Virus record (IMG/VR): IMGVR_UViG_3300029305_005547
Coordinates: 64,001-128,000 of that record
Reading direction: 5' to 3' (one strand)
Source: a virus
Taxonomy: Duplodnaviria > Caudoviricetes
DNA: 64,000 bases
Below are positions 49,691 through 60,126 of the stretch, piece by piece (within the stretch, counting starts at the first letter, position 1; every line of letters starts with the position of its first letter). The notes beneath the pieces were generated by a model, which worked only from the letters and a program-made list of their open reading frames with translations, had not been told where the DNA came from and ran no database searches. The position numbers and the translations under genes were made by a program.

Positions 49691-52270
49691 ATTATATTTA
49701 AGTTCAATAAAATTAGCCATTCTATGATCTTCAGGTTTTTTATTTATTACAGATATTACATCTACTGGATACATTGAGAACATGTTATTATGTGATATAC
49801 AGAAAATTTGTTCTGCCTCAATTAGTTCTCTTAACTTTTCAATTAATGCTATGAAATGAGATCTATTGGATTCATCCAATACAGAATCCAATTCATCAAG
49901 TAGCATGATATTATATCTACTCATACTTTCAAATGAAATTGCAAATGATAATGCAATAGAGAAGAATGATCTTTCTCCTTGAGACGCATATCTGATATCC
50001 TGAATAGATTTTCCTTCTTTGTTAAAAGGAATTGTAAAACTATCATCTTTAATATCAAATTTTTCTACAAATATTTTACCTCCATAAATTTGATCGAGTA
50101 AAGCATTAACTACAGCTTTTGCTTTCTTAAGATAAAGATCAATGAATATAAGAGGAATTCCTGTATTTGATGATAATGATTCTTTAAGTACAACCCAATC
50201 ATCATAAAATTTTTGATATACTGATAATTCTTGTCTATATTGTTTTAATTGCTCAATATTGTGAGAAAGTTTTGAAATAAGATTCTGTAATCTAACTTTC
50301 TCGTTTTTATAAGAATTAAGAATATTTTCTTCCTTGAATTTAGTTTCAAGCAATTCCTGCTTTAATGAAACCTGCTTCTTAGATGATTCATAAGTTTCTT
50401 CAAGTTCTTGTTTCTTTTCAACGATTTCCATTAATGATTTTACATCATCTAATGTAGCTTCATCCCTTCGTATATTTCCTTCAAGAACTCTTATTTCTTC
50501 TTTCGTTTCAGCTAATTTATTAATATAATCTTCTAAAGATTTTTCAGCTTCATTTAAATGAACCTGCAGTAATGTAATTGGTGATGTTTTTAAAAGGTTT
50601 TTAAGTTCCTTCTTTTTAACTTCTAAGGTTTCTTTCATTTCTTTGAAATTTTCATATTCAGTAATAAAAGATAATTCATCAAAAAATATTTTTTGATCAT
50701 AAATAAATTCGGTGGATCTAATTTTATGAAATAACACATCAGTTTTAAATCCAGTTTTAATATGATCTGGCATTCGTTCAAATAAATCTCTTTTATCTGA
50801 AAATGACAACATCACATTTTTTATATTTGTATATGCTAATGACATATACGAATAGAATTCTCTTCCTATGCTGTCGTGATCTTTAACTGAAGATGATAGT
50901 GAATTTAACGTATCCCACAGTTCTATAAAAGAACAACTTTTAGGACATCCTTTAGGGACAGTTGGATTATATTGTAACAAAAGTCTATTTAATAAACTTC
51001 TTCCACTTTCTATTTCTTCATCTTCAATTACTCTCTTTAAATGATCTTGAATATAAACAGGTACATTTACACCTTTCATCATAAGATCAACTACACGTTT
51101 AATAGGTTCTATACCAAATTCATATGTTGAATTTAAAGCTTCCTGTTTTTCTTTAAGGAAAGATAAAACTTCTTCAACATCTTTTTTTGTGTAATTAATT
51201 TCTTCTATTTTATTATATTTACCTTCTTCATTCTTTATCTGAATCTCTAATGTTTGAATTAATCCTTTCAAACCTTCAAGATCAGATTCGGACATGATAT
51301 GATCGATTTTCACCTTAGTAGAATCTATTTCATTTCGTTTTTCATCAATAGATTCTAAATATATACCAAGGTTTTCTGTAAGGGTTTTCTTCTTTTCCCT
51401 TCCTGATATTATTGATGTTTCTAAGGTTTTTTCTTTTAATTTTAATGATTCTAAAGTTTCAAATGAACCATCAGAACCCTTCATCAATTTATTCAATTTC
51501 TTTTCAGCATCTCTCATAGTTTCAACTATATCCGAAGGAATCTGAGATAACTGATAAGTTGTTTTTCCTATACTGTCTGATATAGAAATAATAGAAGATT
51601 CAATTGCATCAAGTTCTTCTTTTCTTGTTTTAAGTTCATCTTTGGCATCATCGAAGTCTTCTATTTCAGTTTTCTTTATTTTATCCATAACCATAGAAAT
51701 CATGGTTTTTAATGCATTAAGTTCTGAATTAATTTTCTTATAATGAAGCAAATACACATTTACTTCTTCAAGACGTTTAGACATAAAGGTTTTTCTTTCA
51801 GCACTCTTTAAGTCTATCATATTAATTACATTATTTCCAAGTCTTATAAGTTTCATATAATCTTGGTCCATATCAAGTTCAATTTTTACCATCTCTTTAA
51901 AAGATGTCACATTACCGTTTGGATTTAGTTCTTCTCCATTTTTCTTAATATAACTTTTTACAGTATGTGAAGTCTTCGATGGCGTATAGAAATGGTCAAT
52001 CTCATATTCATTACCATCATCAAGGATAATAATCTTTTTATGACCTGTTTTTTCTTTTATTATAAGAGGTAATGCATCTCTCTCATCTAAAGTACCCAAT
52101 GTTGCAAATGGATTTAACTGCGAAAGTAATACAGTTTTTCCATGACCATTGGGTCCTGTTATCAAACAAATATTATTTTTTGAACTTCTTAAATCGAGTT
52201 TGATGTAATTAGTATGCATAGCTACTAATACACCCTCGAAGTTCTCTAAAACTAATTCTAAAATTTTCAT
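49688..52270 (-). CDS. SbcC/Rad50/SMC-like ATPase
   Basis: Walker A GPNGHGKT, long coiled coil with CPKSC hook, ASQGE signature, LLDELD Walker B, ISH. Confidence 0.92.
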   Translation of the reverse strand: MKILELVLENFEGVLVAMHTNYIKLDLRSSKNNICLITGPNGHGKTVLLSQLNPFATLGTLDERDALPLIIKEKTGHKKIIILDDGNEYEIDHFYTPSKTSHTVKSYIKKNGEELNPNGNVTSFKEMVKIELDMDQDYMKLIRLGNNVINMIDLKSAERKTFMSKRLEEVNVYLLHYKKINSELNALKTMISMVMDKIKKTEIEDFDDAKDELKTRKEELDAIESSIISISDSIGKTTYQLSQIPSDIVETMRDAEKKLNKLMKGSDGSFETLESLKLKEKTLETSIISGREKKKTLTENLGIYLESIDEKRNEIDSTKVKIDHIMSESDLEGLKGLIQTLEIQIKNEEGKYNKIEEINYTKKDVEEVLSFLKEKQEALNSTYEFGIEPIKRVVDLMMKGVNVPVYIQDHLKRVIEDEEIESGRSLLNRLLLQYNPTVPKGCPKSCSFIELWDTLNSLSSSVKDHDSIGREFYSYMSLAYTNIKNVMLSFSDKRDLFERMPDHIKTGFKTDVLFHKIRSTEFIYDQKIFFDELSFITEYENFKEMKETLEVKKKELKNLLKTSPITLLQVHLNEAEKSLEDYINKLAETKEEIRVLEGNIRRDEATLDDVKSLMEIVEKKQELEETYESSKKQVSLKQELLETKFKEENILNSYKNEKVRLQNLISKLSHNIEQLKQYRQELSVYQKFYDDWVVLKESLSSNTGIPLIFIDLYLKKAKAVVNALLDQIYGGKIFVEKFDIKDDSFTIPFNKEGKSIQDIRYASQGERSFFSIALSFAISFESMSRYNIMLLDELDSVLDESNRSHFIALIEKLRELIEAEQIFCISHNNMFSMYPVDVISVINKKPEDHRMANFIELKYN

Positions 52271-52332
52271 AGTTAACTTCCTTTCAGTTACTTAATTTTT
52301 TGTCAAAAGGAAAATAAGAAGATAGAGTATAA

Positions 52333-52722
52333 CTACTCTATCTTCTCATAGAAATTTTTAGCATCTTTTATCTTCTCGTATTCAACATGTTTATCAATCT
52401 TCGAAGAATCTTTACAACAGCAATGACACATATAATTACATTCAGTAGTATCTTCGTTGCACTGAATAATTCCTTCATTCACTGCTATGTAATTATTCAC
52501 GATCGTTTTAAACATCTTATGAAGACAAACTATATCATTTGAAAAATAAAATATTGAATCACTTTTGCAATCAAGAAGTCTACCATAATATCTAAACCGT
52601 GATCGTAAATCTTTACTGATTTTGGATTCATCATCTTTTGGATCATTAACTAATAAATGAACAGGAGTATGTTCAATTGATCCTCTGTAACCACGATACT
52701 CTTTAAAATATCCGATAATCAT
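52333..52722 (-). CDS. Hypothetical protein
   Basis: 129 aa, GAGGTG RBS. Confidence 0.6.
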   Translation of the reverse strand: MIIGYFKEYRGYRGSIEHTPVHLLVNDPKDDESKISKDLRSRFRYYGRLLDCKSDSIFYFSNDIVCLHKMFKTIVNNYIAVNEGIIQCNEDTTECNYMCHCCCKDSSKIDKHVEYEKIKDAKNFYEKIE

Positions 52723-52733
52723 AATTCACCTCA

Positions 52734-53150
52734 TTATATATTTACGAATTTAAGGAAATCTTCATAACCAATTCCAATTTCCTTTGCACTTATAGAAATT
52801 ATTTTTATGTCACGTGAATCTTGAATAATAAAGAATTCATTGAATTCACTAGATAAAAATTTAGCAAGTGAGGTGAAAAAGTTATTAATATCTGCATTTT
52901 TAATGCTTTCCTGATTCTTTGTTACAATGTGTAATTTAGCTCTTAAAATAGCTCGAATAACAAGAGCGTTTCTGTTGTAATGACCATAGATAAGATTTAG
53001 ATCACATTCATTTGTGAATAGATTGATAATATGATTCAAATCTTTTCTAAGACTTTCCATGTCTCTTGAAAATCTTTTAATCCCACTATCATGAATAAAT
53101 TTAACGGTTTCTTCAAACATAAGCATGACTACCATACCCTCCTTCGTCAA
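52734..53150 (-). CDS. Hypothetical protein
   Basis: ~130-aa ORF with GGAGGG RBS. Confidence 0.6.
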   Translation of the reverse strand: MTKEGMVVMLMFEETVKFIHDSGIKRFSRDMESLRKDLNHIINLFTNECDLNLIYGHYNRNALVIRAILRAKLHIVTKNQESIKNADINNFFTSLAKFLSSEFNEFFIIQDSRDIKIISISAKEIGIGYEDFLKFVNI

Positions 53151-53209
53151 AAGCTTTACATAATTGTCTAAAAAGATTTAGAGATATGGTTTTATACCAT
53201 ATCTCTAAA

Positions 53210-53629
53210 TTAATAAATATTTATTTCTTTTTCTTGTTCAACTTTAAGTAAAACCTCATTCAGTATTTGATGAATCTTTGAAGGTGAATAATATTTCACC
53301 TTTCTTACATTGAATTTGGTTCTACTTATACAGTTATTAAGTTCAAGTAACGTAAACCAGAAATGAACTGTTCCATATAAAGCTTCTGATAGAACTTGAG
53401 GATTTTGTCTAAACGTTTCATACTGAACTTCGTCAAGTTCAATAGTTTCTATATAATCTTCAAGATAATATCTATATTTATTGATTAATGAATTATATGG
53501 AACAACAATAGAATCACCACTCTTCGAATCTGTTATTTTGAGGGGATCTGTCATTTGTCTAAACCCAAGTTCATACGTTTGTTCATCTTGTACTTGAAGT
53601 TGTATTGTATCGTAATTTTTTGTAGCCAT
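53210..53629 (-). CDS. Baseplate wedge protein (T4 gp53-like, LysM-like)
   Basis: PQVLSEALYGTVHFWFTLLELNN matches the gp53-like pattern. Confidence 0.7.
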   Translation of the reverse strand: MATKNYDTIQLQVQDEQTYELGFRQMTDPLKITDSKSGDSIVVPYNSLINKYRYYLEDYIETIELDEVQYETFRQNPQVLSEALYGTVHFWFTLLELNNCISRTKFNVRKVKYYSPSKIHQILNEVLLKVEQEKEINIY

Positions 53630-53641
53630 TGTTTGTCACCT

Positions 53642-54028
53642 CTAATCATTCGAGAATGTAAGGTCATTTAATGAATTACTCGGACAATTACAAATTACTT
53701 TCGTATTTTTATTAATAGTATATGTATTGTCTGGATTTTTAATACCTTGACCTTCCCAAGATTTATTTCGTTCAAAAGGAACATCCAAATAATTTTGGTT
53801 TTTTAATAAAGTTGCTGTAAGTATTTTACATTCAGGAGCATTTTTGAAGCAAATAACTCCTTTAGAAAAAACAGCACCTGTTTTAGGTTCACCCATTTTA
53901 ATTTTAGGCATTAAATGTGGTATATACAAAGGATAAGTTTTACCAACTGTAGGAGCAATACCTGTTTTAGAAAGGTATGCTGGTTCTTTATCCTTTATTT
54001 TAAATATATGCTTAGTATCTGTTAACAT
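53642..54028 (-). CDS. Putative baseplate protein
   Basis: 128 aa, co-oriented with the gp53-like gene; late-type promoter 54049-54062. Confidence 0.5.
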   Translation of the reverse strand: MLTDTKHIFKIKDKEPAYLSKTGIAPTVGKTYPLYIPHLMPKIKMGEPKTGAVFSKGVICFKNAPECKILTATLLKNQNYLDVPFERNKSWEGQGIKNPDNTYTINKNTKVICNCPSNSLNDLTFSND

Positions 54029-54118
54029 AATAATCCACCTTCCTATACATTAAAAAAATGTTTTAATAGTTAAAATATGAGAGTATTGTGTTAACCTTGT
54101 AATAAGGTTGGGTGGGTT

Positions 54119-54199
54119 GACGGAATTTAGTTAAGTAAAATTTCTGTAAGTCTCGATATTTCTAGGGACTTACAGATTCTTTATTTAGCTAAATAGTAA
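54119..54199 (+). repeat. Cassette-head element, copy 5
   Basis: Same element with a TCTAGGGAC variant in the inner stem. Confidence 0.96.
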
Positions 54200-54737
54200 C
54201 AAAGCAGATACTAATCATACTCATAGTGGATATGCAACGAGTTCTCACACTCATAGTTATTTACCGCTTGGTGGTGGAACGTGTACAGGTGTTGTTATTG
54301 TAAATAACAATATAAAGGCTAGTCAATATAGAGCGTTAGATAATAGAGATGTATATTTAGTATCAGCATCTAATTCATATGTCGCGAGACTTTGTGCTAA
54401 GGAAATTCATTGTAATAATACAGGTGTGACTGCTAATGTACCTATATATGCATCTGCATTTACAAATCCTAGTAGTATACGATATAAAGAAAATGTCAAA
54501 GATCTTGATTTAGAATATGCTAAACAAATTTTAAAATTAAGACCTGTAACGTATGATTATAAAAATAAAGAAAACGGAATTAATTGTGTAGGTCTTATAG
54601 CAGAAGAAGTGTATGATTATATTTCGTATCCAGTTATTTTTAGCGAAAATGTAATTGAAGGTTTAGATTATGCTAAATTGGTCACACCAATTCTTAAAAT
54701 TTTACAGGATCATGAAAAACGTCTATCTTTTTTATAA
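54189..54737 (+). CDS. Tail-fibre tip cassette 5 with S74 chaperone (ORF-track start 54426)
   Basis: LNSNKADTNHTHSGYATSSHTHSYLPLGGGT...PSSIRYKENV..LRPVTYDYK..GLIAEEV..LDYAKL. Confidence 0.85.
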   Translation, partial: LNSNKADTNHTHSGYATSSHTHSYLPLGGGTCTGVVIVNNNIKASQYRALDNRDVYLVSASNSYVARLCAKEIHCNNTGVTANVPIYASAFTNPSSIRYKENVKDLDLEYAKQILKLRPVTYDYKNKENGINCVGLIAEEVYDYISYPVIFSENVIEGLDYAKLVTPILKILQDHEKRLSFL

Positions 54738-54768
54738 ATAATTAATAATTTTATATCATGTGGGAGTG

Positions 54769-54849
54769 GACGGAATTTAGTTAAGTAAAATTTCTGTAAG
54801 TCTCGATATTTCTCGAGACTTACAGATTTCTTATTTAGCTAAATAGTAA
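54769..54849 (+). repeat. Cassette-head element, copy 6
   Basis: Same element, in tandem after cassette 5. Confidence 0.97.
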
Positions 54850-55486
54850 TATGGTGACTGTACATGGCGGACGAATGAAAGGCAATCTTCAATTGAAACC
54901 TTTAACAGGTGGAACTGATGGTGCTGAAGGTGGTGAATTACAGTTAAGTGCAGCTGACGATGGAAAGAAGTATTCTAATTTAACTTTGGATAACTATAAA
55001 GGATATTTTAGATTATTTGGACTTAAATCTGAAGATGGTACGACAGTAGTAGGTGAATCTGCAATGATTCAGATTCACCCATTTAATAAAACAATGACAA
55101 TTGATAGCAATTATAAAATAAATAATAAAACTACTATTGATAAACTTGGATATTTATCAAATGTTACCAGCGATATACAAACACAACTTAATGCAAAAGC
55201 AGTAAAAACATCGAATTCATTCACTGGAGCACAAAAAGTATCTATGGCATTTGCCCCAGCTAATAATAACTATACTGCAGCCCATTTTTCAGCAGAGGCT
55301 AGTAATGCTAGTACAACTTCAAATAGAGCTAGTTATGGTTTTCATAATTCTGGAGTTGTTGCAGGCATATTATATTTAGATAATGATGGAAATCTTAAAT
55401 ATATTAATAATAGTGGAACTATATCAAAAATAATGAGATCTTCGCATTTTTCTTTAAGTGGTACAACATTAACTATTACTTTATAG
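54839..55486 (+). CDS. Tail-fibre tip cassette 6 (first ATG 54851)
   Basis: LNSN-MVTVHGG..EGGELQL..LGYLSNVTSDIQTQLNAK (fibre repeat); ends LSGTTLTITL. Confidence 0.8.
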   Translation, partial: LNSNMVTVHGGRMKGNLQLKPLTGGTDGAEGGELQLSAADDGKKYSNLTLDNYKGYFRLFGLKSEDGTTVVGESAMIQIHPFNKTMTIDSNYKINNKTTIDKLGYLSNVTSDIQTQLNAKAVKTSNSFTGAQKVSMAFAPANNNYTAAHFSAEASNASTTSNRASYGFHNSGVVAGILYLDNDGNLKYINNSGTISKIMRSSHFSLSGTTLTITL

Positions 55487-55499
55487 GAGGTATTGTGAT

Positions 55500-56402
55500 A
55501 TGGCTATTAAAGTTGGAAATACTACTATACCAACTACAGAAGGTAGTTTAAAAGTTGGATCTACTAAAATAACTAAAGTTAATGTGGTGAAAGATGGAGT
55601 AACAACAACTGTATGGCAAGTTTCTAGTTTTTCATCTAAAGAATTTAATTATACAGGAGGAGTACAAGCGTTTACTGTACCTGTTACAGGTACATACCTT
55701 CTTGAAGTTAAGGGTGCACGAGGCGGTCATGTAACTAACCATATTGCAGGTGGTTTTGGAGGATATGCTAAAGGATATGCAAATCTTACAGCAGGTCAAA
55801 CTATATATGTCTGTGTGGGTGGACAAGGAACAGATTGTAGTCAAAGAGGTAGTGAAATAAACACTCAGCCAATAACTTACCCTGGTGGATATAATGGTGG
55901 TGCTAATGCACCTACAGTATTATATTATAATGGAAGTGGAGGAGGATGTACTCATATAGGTACATTCAACTCAACGTTAGCTGATCATGGATCTACAAAC
56001 GGATTATTTATTGTAGCTGGTGGTGGAGGAGGCGCTTCATATCACGATGATACGCATTATGGTGTTGGTGGTACTGGTGGTGGAACTACTGGTGGAAATG
56101 GAACCGTTATAGGAGATTATGTTTCAGATGATTACTTTTCATATGGAACTGGCGGTACACAAACTGCCGGTGGTTATAATGATATAGGTGAAACCCCTGA
56201 CCTATATAGAGGATTTTTCGGAAAAGCTAATAGTGATATCCATAATTCTGCTGGTGGCGGAGGCGGATTATATGGTGGTGGTCCTGGTGGAGGATGGTCT
56301 GGAGCTGGTGGTGGTTCTGGATATATAGGAGGAGTCACATCAGGTTCTATGGAAAATGGTGTTCGAGATGGAAATGGTTGGGCTAAAATTACATTAGTCT
56401 AA
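55500..56402 (+). CDS. Glycine-rich adhesin/receptor-binding protein, partner of cassette 6
   Basis: MAIKVGNTTIPT adaptor; FNYTGGVQAFTVP..VAGGGGG..GGGGGLYGGG..GGGSGY glycine-rich domain. Confidence 0.8.
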   Translation: MAIKVGNTTIPTTEGSLKVGSTKITKVNVVKDGVTTTVWQVSSFSSKEFNYTGGVQAFTVPVTGTYLLEVKGARGGHVTNHIAGGFGGYAKGYANLTAGQTIYVCVGGQGTDCSQRGSEINTQPITYPGGYNGGANAPTVLYYNGSGGGCTHIGTFNSTLADHGSTNGLFIVAGGGGGASYHDDTHYGVGGTGGGTTGGNGTVIGDYVSDDYFSYGTGGTQTAGGYNDIGETPDLYRGFFGKANSDIHNSAGGGGGLYGGGPGGGWSGAGGGSGYIGGVTSGSMENGVRDGNGWAKITLV

Positions 56403-56460
56403 ATTTATGAAAATAGGTTAGTTAAAAGACCAGTGAGTAAAAACACTCACTGGTCTTTTC

Positions 56461-56952
56461 CTATTCAAGAAAATGATCCATACAATCAGACAACACACAA
56501 CCGACGTCGTCGTATCTGTGGTTAAGATATACTTTAAGCTTCGAAGCATAGTCTAATGTACAGAGGATAAACAGAATAGGGTCTTCATGTTTCGCTTTTT
56601 CTATTACAGTATACATCTTTAATGCATTACTCTTATCAAGAAGAATGAATTCATTCATTACTTTCATGATACGTAAAAATTCATTAATATGTATAGAATA
56701 GTTTAAAGCGGTATAACGTATAGAAAGTTCCTCTTCTGTCATAACTTTACCAGGTAACAAGTACATCAGTACTGCTACATCAGACAAAAAGTCATCCCCT
56801 GGATATTCAATACCATGGGATAAGCATCTAACTTTGAGAGAATCAAAGAATTTAGAAGATAACTTATATGACATAATTGCGAGCCGTTTTAATAACGGAG
56901 GTAAAGATAAACAGAGATCGGTTCTTTCATCATTTAATAACACACTATTCAT
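56461..56952 (-). CDS. Hypothetical protein
   Basis: 163 aa, AAAGGGA RBS. Confidence 0.6.
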   Translation of the reverse strand: MNSVLLNDERTDLCLSLPPLLKRLAIMSYKLSSKFFDSLKVRCLSHGIEYPGDDFLSDVAVLMYLLPGKVMTEEELSIRYTALNYSIHINEFLRIMKVMNEFILLDKSNALKMYTVIEKAKHEDPILFILCTLDYASKLKVYLNHRYDDVGCVLSDCMDHFLE

Positions 56953-57057
56953 TTTAAACCATCCCTTTCATTTTTCTTATAATAATGTGATAATTTACGA
57001 AAACGTCTTTATAGAAAAAAAAATAAGAGGGTGATGAATAACCACCACCCTCTTATC

Positions 57058-57903
57058 TTAAAATTCAGTTATTGATATTGGATCTTTCCCTGATGGATTA
57101 TCTCCAAGCAATCCTCTAACAAATGTTTCTGTTAATATTGATGAAAATGCATTGTAATTCTCTTCATCAGGAATAGGAAATACGAATTTCATCTCTGGAT
57201 ACTTTTTAAGTTCATCACAAAATATTCTTGCAACTACTTCAGGATTGTTTTTGAAGACTCCACAACCGAATGCTCCAAGGAATAATGTTTTAACACCATG
57301 AGATTTAGCAACCTCGAGTGTACAAATTATTCGTTCTCTCATAGTAGTTTCAATTTCATCTTCGGATACTCCGTTTTTAAGTGCAGCTCCTCTATTAGGT
57401 GCTGCAATAGTGATAACATCTACTAATCGTTTTTTGTTTCCTTCCATAATCACTATATCAGGACTATACAGCATTCTATTCGTATAGAGTGCTTTGTTTT
57501 TATTTTCTCTGTTGAAATGATAGAACGTATCATTGAACGATTCTAATACTGGAAATAATGTACTGGAATGACAAATACACTCTTCTTGAGCAGAAGAACC
57601 ATTGAGATACATCCCACCAGGATTTTTATAAGATGCAAAATTGAGTATTGCAATTTTCGATTTACTTTTATTATCGAGAACTGCTTCGATGATACCTTTT
57701 CTTTCAAAATCTACAGAAATACAATAACCCATAGAGTCTTCACTCTCTAAGTTACGAATAAGAAACATTCTACAATCATCTTCTGTATATTCTTCGGTAT
57801 TTTCAATACTTTTTGAGATTTCTTTTGCGAAATACTTACATACTTCTGTAAGGTGTTCAATTGCATGTTGTTTGTTTAGTGTCTTTTTTGACCAGTAATT
57901 CAT
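57058..57903 (-). CDS. TIGR02452/DUF2263 family PARG-like macrodomain protein
   Basis: LNFASYKNPGG..GSSAQEECIC..YSPDI..LGAFGCGVFKNNP; early-type motif 57935-57942. Confidence 0.88.
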   Translation of the reverse strand: MNYWSKKTLNKQHAIEHLTEVCKYFAKEISKSIENTEEYTEDDCRMFLIRNLESEDSMGYCISVDFERKGIIEAVLDNKSKSKIAILNFASYKNPGGMYLNGSSAQEECICHSSTLFPVLESFNDTFYHFNRENKNKALYTNRMLYSPDIVIMEGNKKRLVDVITIAAPNRGAALKNGVSEDEIETTMRERIICTLEVAKSHGVKTLFLGAFGCGVFKNNPEVVARIFCDELKKYPEMKFVFPIPDEENYNAFSSILTETFVRGLLGDNPSGKDPISITEF

Positions 57904-58131
57904 TAACGATCACTCCTTTCTTTTATCTATTAAAATAATATATCAATGAAAAAATTAGTATTTACTTTGTAAAAGTAACGATTTATAAAAGTATATTATT
58001 TTCGTGTACAAGGTGCTTGTACATAGTTGTATGGTGTTTATTCGTACAGCACCTTTGGTGCAATTTATTTTTTTTTCTTTTTTATACCAAAACAAGGTAT
58101 TAATAAACTTATAGAAAGGAAGTAATCAATC

Positions 58132-58530
58132 ATGGATAATGTTAAAAGAGTTAAATTAGCTGTTTTTGAAGCAGTTGATGAAAATCTTATTGATAAAGAT
58201 CTTTCTGAAAGTATGCTTAACTTCTGTGAGTCTGCTGATATGCAGAAGGAGGAAGATGTTAAGATGCTTGCTGATATCACTCAGACTCTTATCAATATAA
58301 AAGAATCCGTGGATGCTACTACTGAACCTACTGCAGAAGAGTCTGTAGTTGAGGGTGCATCTGAGGAACCTGTTGTAGAAAATCCTACTGCAGAAGAGTC
58401 TGTAGTTGAATCTGCTATTGATGAGGGTTTCACTAGAGATGAAATCGCTCTTATGATTTATGAGAGCGAAAAGAATGGTGAAATTACTGCTGAAGAAAGA
58501 GCAGAACTTTTTGCAAAACTTGATGCATAA
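58132..58530 (+). CDS. Acidic putative internal head protein
   Basis: PTAEESVVE x2; IYESEKNGEITAEER; late-type promoter 58091-58104. Confidence 0.6.
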   Translation: MDNVKRVKLAVFEAVDENLIDKDLSESMLNFCESADMQKEEDVKMLADITQTLINIKESVDATTEPTAEESVVEGASEEPVVENPTAEESVVESAIDEGFTRDEIALMIYESEKNGEITAEERAELFAKLDA

Positions 58531-58648
58531 AACATATATGACCTTGTAGATTTCTCTACAAGGTCATATTTTAAGAGGTCAAAATGTCAAACAAAACCAA
58601 TCAGATGGAATATTCATATCAGACCACAAATTCTGATTTAAATATTTG

Positions 58649-59128
58649 TTATTTCGGAAAATACTCCGTTACTGTATTTTCAAATATTTTGACCAATACA
58701 TCAGGAAGATTATGTTTTTTAGCATTGATTTTAACACCTTCTGAATAAGGTGTATCTGATTTAGTTGACGCTGAATAGGTATCAACGAAATATTCGACTA
58801 AATCGACTAAAGTAAATTCTTCAATACCATTTTCAAAATGTTCTGGATGATGCCTGTTTACCTCATAGTGATGAGATAAACATCTATCCATCATATCTTT
58901 ACGAATCTGATTATACTTTTCTGATCCGTATTTTGCTTTTCTAAGTTCAGGAATCAAACTATCGTATCCTTCCCTTTCAGGAGATTCTAACTTAGAGTTA
59001 TCATGAATACTTGCTCTATAAACAAGATCTTCAATTATAACTTTCATTGTTTTCTCAACAATTTTCTTATGCTCCAATGCATCTACAGTTGAATCATAAT
59101 TTAACATATTATATTTCTTTCCTTTCAT
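58649..59128 (-). CDS. DUF5662 family (HD-like) protein
   Basis: HDNSKL..HHYEVNRHHPEHF..DLVEYFVD. Confidence 0.75.
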   Translation of the reverse strand: MKGKKYNMLNYDSTVDALEHKKIVEKTMKVIIEDLVYRASIHDNSKLESPEREGYDSLIPELRKAKYGSEKYNQIRKDMMDRCLSHHYEVNRHHPEHFENGIEEFTLVDLVEYFVDTYSASTKSDTPYSEGVKINAKKHNLPDVLVKIFENTVTEYFPK

Positions 59129-59573
59129 TTAAAATTTTTCTCCGAGTTTGAATATCGGAATATAATGCATTAATATCTTCTTGTTTCTTTATGAGTTTTT
59201 TATATTCTAAGTACTCACCAGATGATATCATACCTTTATTAATAAGAAGTTGAACCAATGACATTTGATTTGCATAAGTGTCAACTAAAAATGTCTCCAT
59301 ATCAAGAATACGTTCTTCAAGTTCAATATTTGGATCGTAATCTTCATTTAATTCTTCTTCCATATCTTTCAATAATTCCATGGAAGTTTTTAAAAAAGGA
59401 TCCTCAAAATCTATTTCAGGTCCTGGAGTTTTATGTAAAGTTACACCATTAGTTGGTGTTTTGTTTTTTTTAATTTCTTTATTTTTTATTTCTTCACACC
59501 TTCTACGATTAATAGTATCAGTAGTAACTTCATTCGTTTTATTTCCTAGTATTATAGGTAAAATAGGTATCAT
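59109..59573 (-). CDS. Hypothetical protein
   Basis: 154-aa ORF overlapping the start of the next gene. Confidence 0.6.
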   Translation of the reverse strand: MIPILPIILGNKTNEVTTDTINRRRCEEIKNKEIKKNKTPTNGVTLHKTPGPEIDFEDPFLKTSMELLKDMEEELNEDYDPNIELEERILDMETFLVDTYANQMSLVQLLINKGMISSGEYLEYKKLIKKQEDINALYSDIQTRRKILNERKEI

Positions 59574-59642
59574 AATATAAACTCTCTTTCTATATTTATT
59601 TTAACTATAAGTTAAAACTATTATTAGAAAGAAGGTTTTATT

Positions 59643-60089
59643 GTGATAGGAAAAATGGATATAGATAGATTTAAAACGATTTTTTCATGCATACTTAATA
59701 AACGAATAGTTCCGTTTGTAGAAGAACACGTTCTTGAAATATTAGATAATAAGAATTTTACAGGTTATTATAAAAATGAAACTATTGGAGATCAGACTTT
59801 TATTAGACCTATATTTGGTCTTGAAATATTCGATCTTCCTATTTTAGGTCTTATAGTATATGAACTTAATAATCCTGAATTTAAAAAGGAATTACATATT
59901 GATATTCTTCCTGTAAATGAACGATTTTTCTTTTTATGGTTACGTTTATATTTACAAGAAAAGAAGTTATTATTTCATATAATGTATAAAGACCCAAAAA
60001 CAAATGAAGAAACAGAATTAACTTTTTATGGTATGTTAGAATTAAATTATTCTGATATAACAAGACGCGGATATGAATATTTGCTTTAA
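59643..60089 (+). CDS. Hypothetical protein
   Basis: 148 aa, AAGAAGG RBS. Confidence 0.6.
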   Translation: MIGKMDIDRFKTIFSCILNKRIVPFVEEHVLEILDNKNFTGYYKNETIGDQTFIRPIFGLEIFDLPILGLIVYELNNPEFKKELHIDILPVNERFFFLWLRLYLQEKKLLFHIMYKDPKTNEETELTFYGMLELNYSDITRRGYEYLL

Positions 60090-60126
60090 ATAATCCCTTG
60101 GAGAGTAATTTCTCCAAGGGATATTT

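Noticed and set aside
49565-49777. 70-aa + strand ORF
   Set aside because: No RBS, runs through a strong terminator and overlaps the end of the SbcC-like gene; the region fits an ncRNA better.
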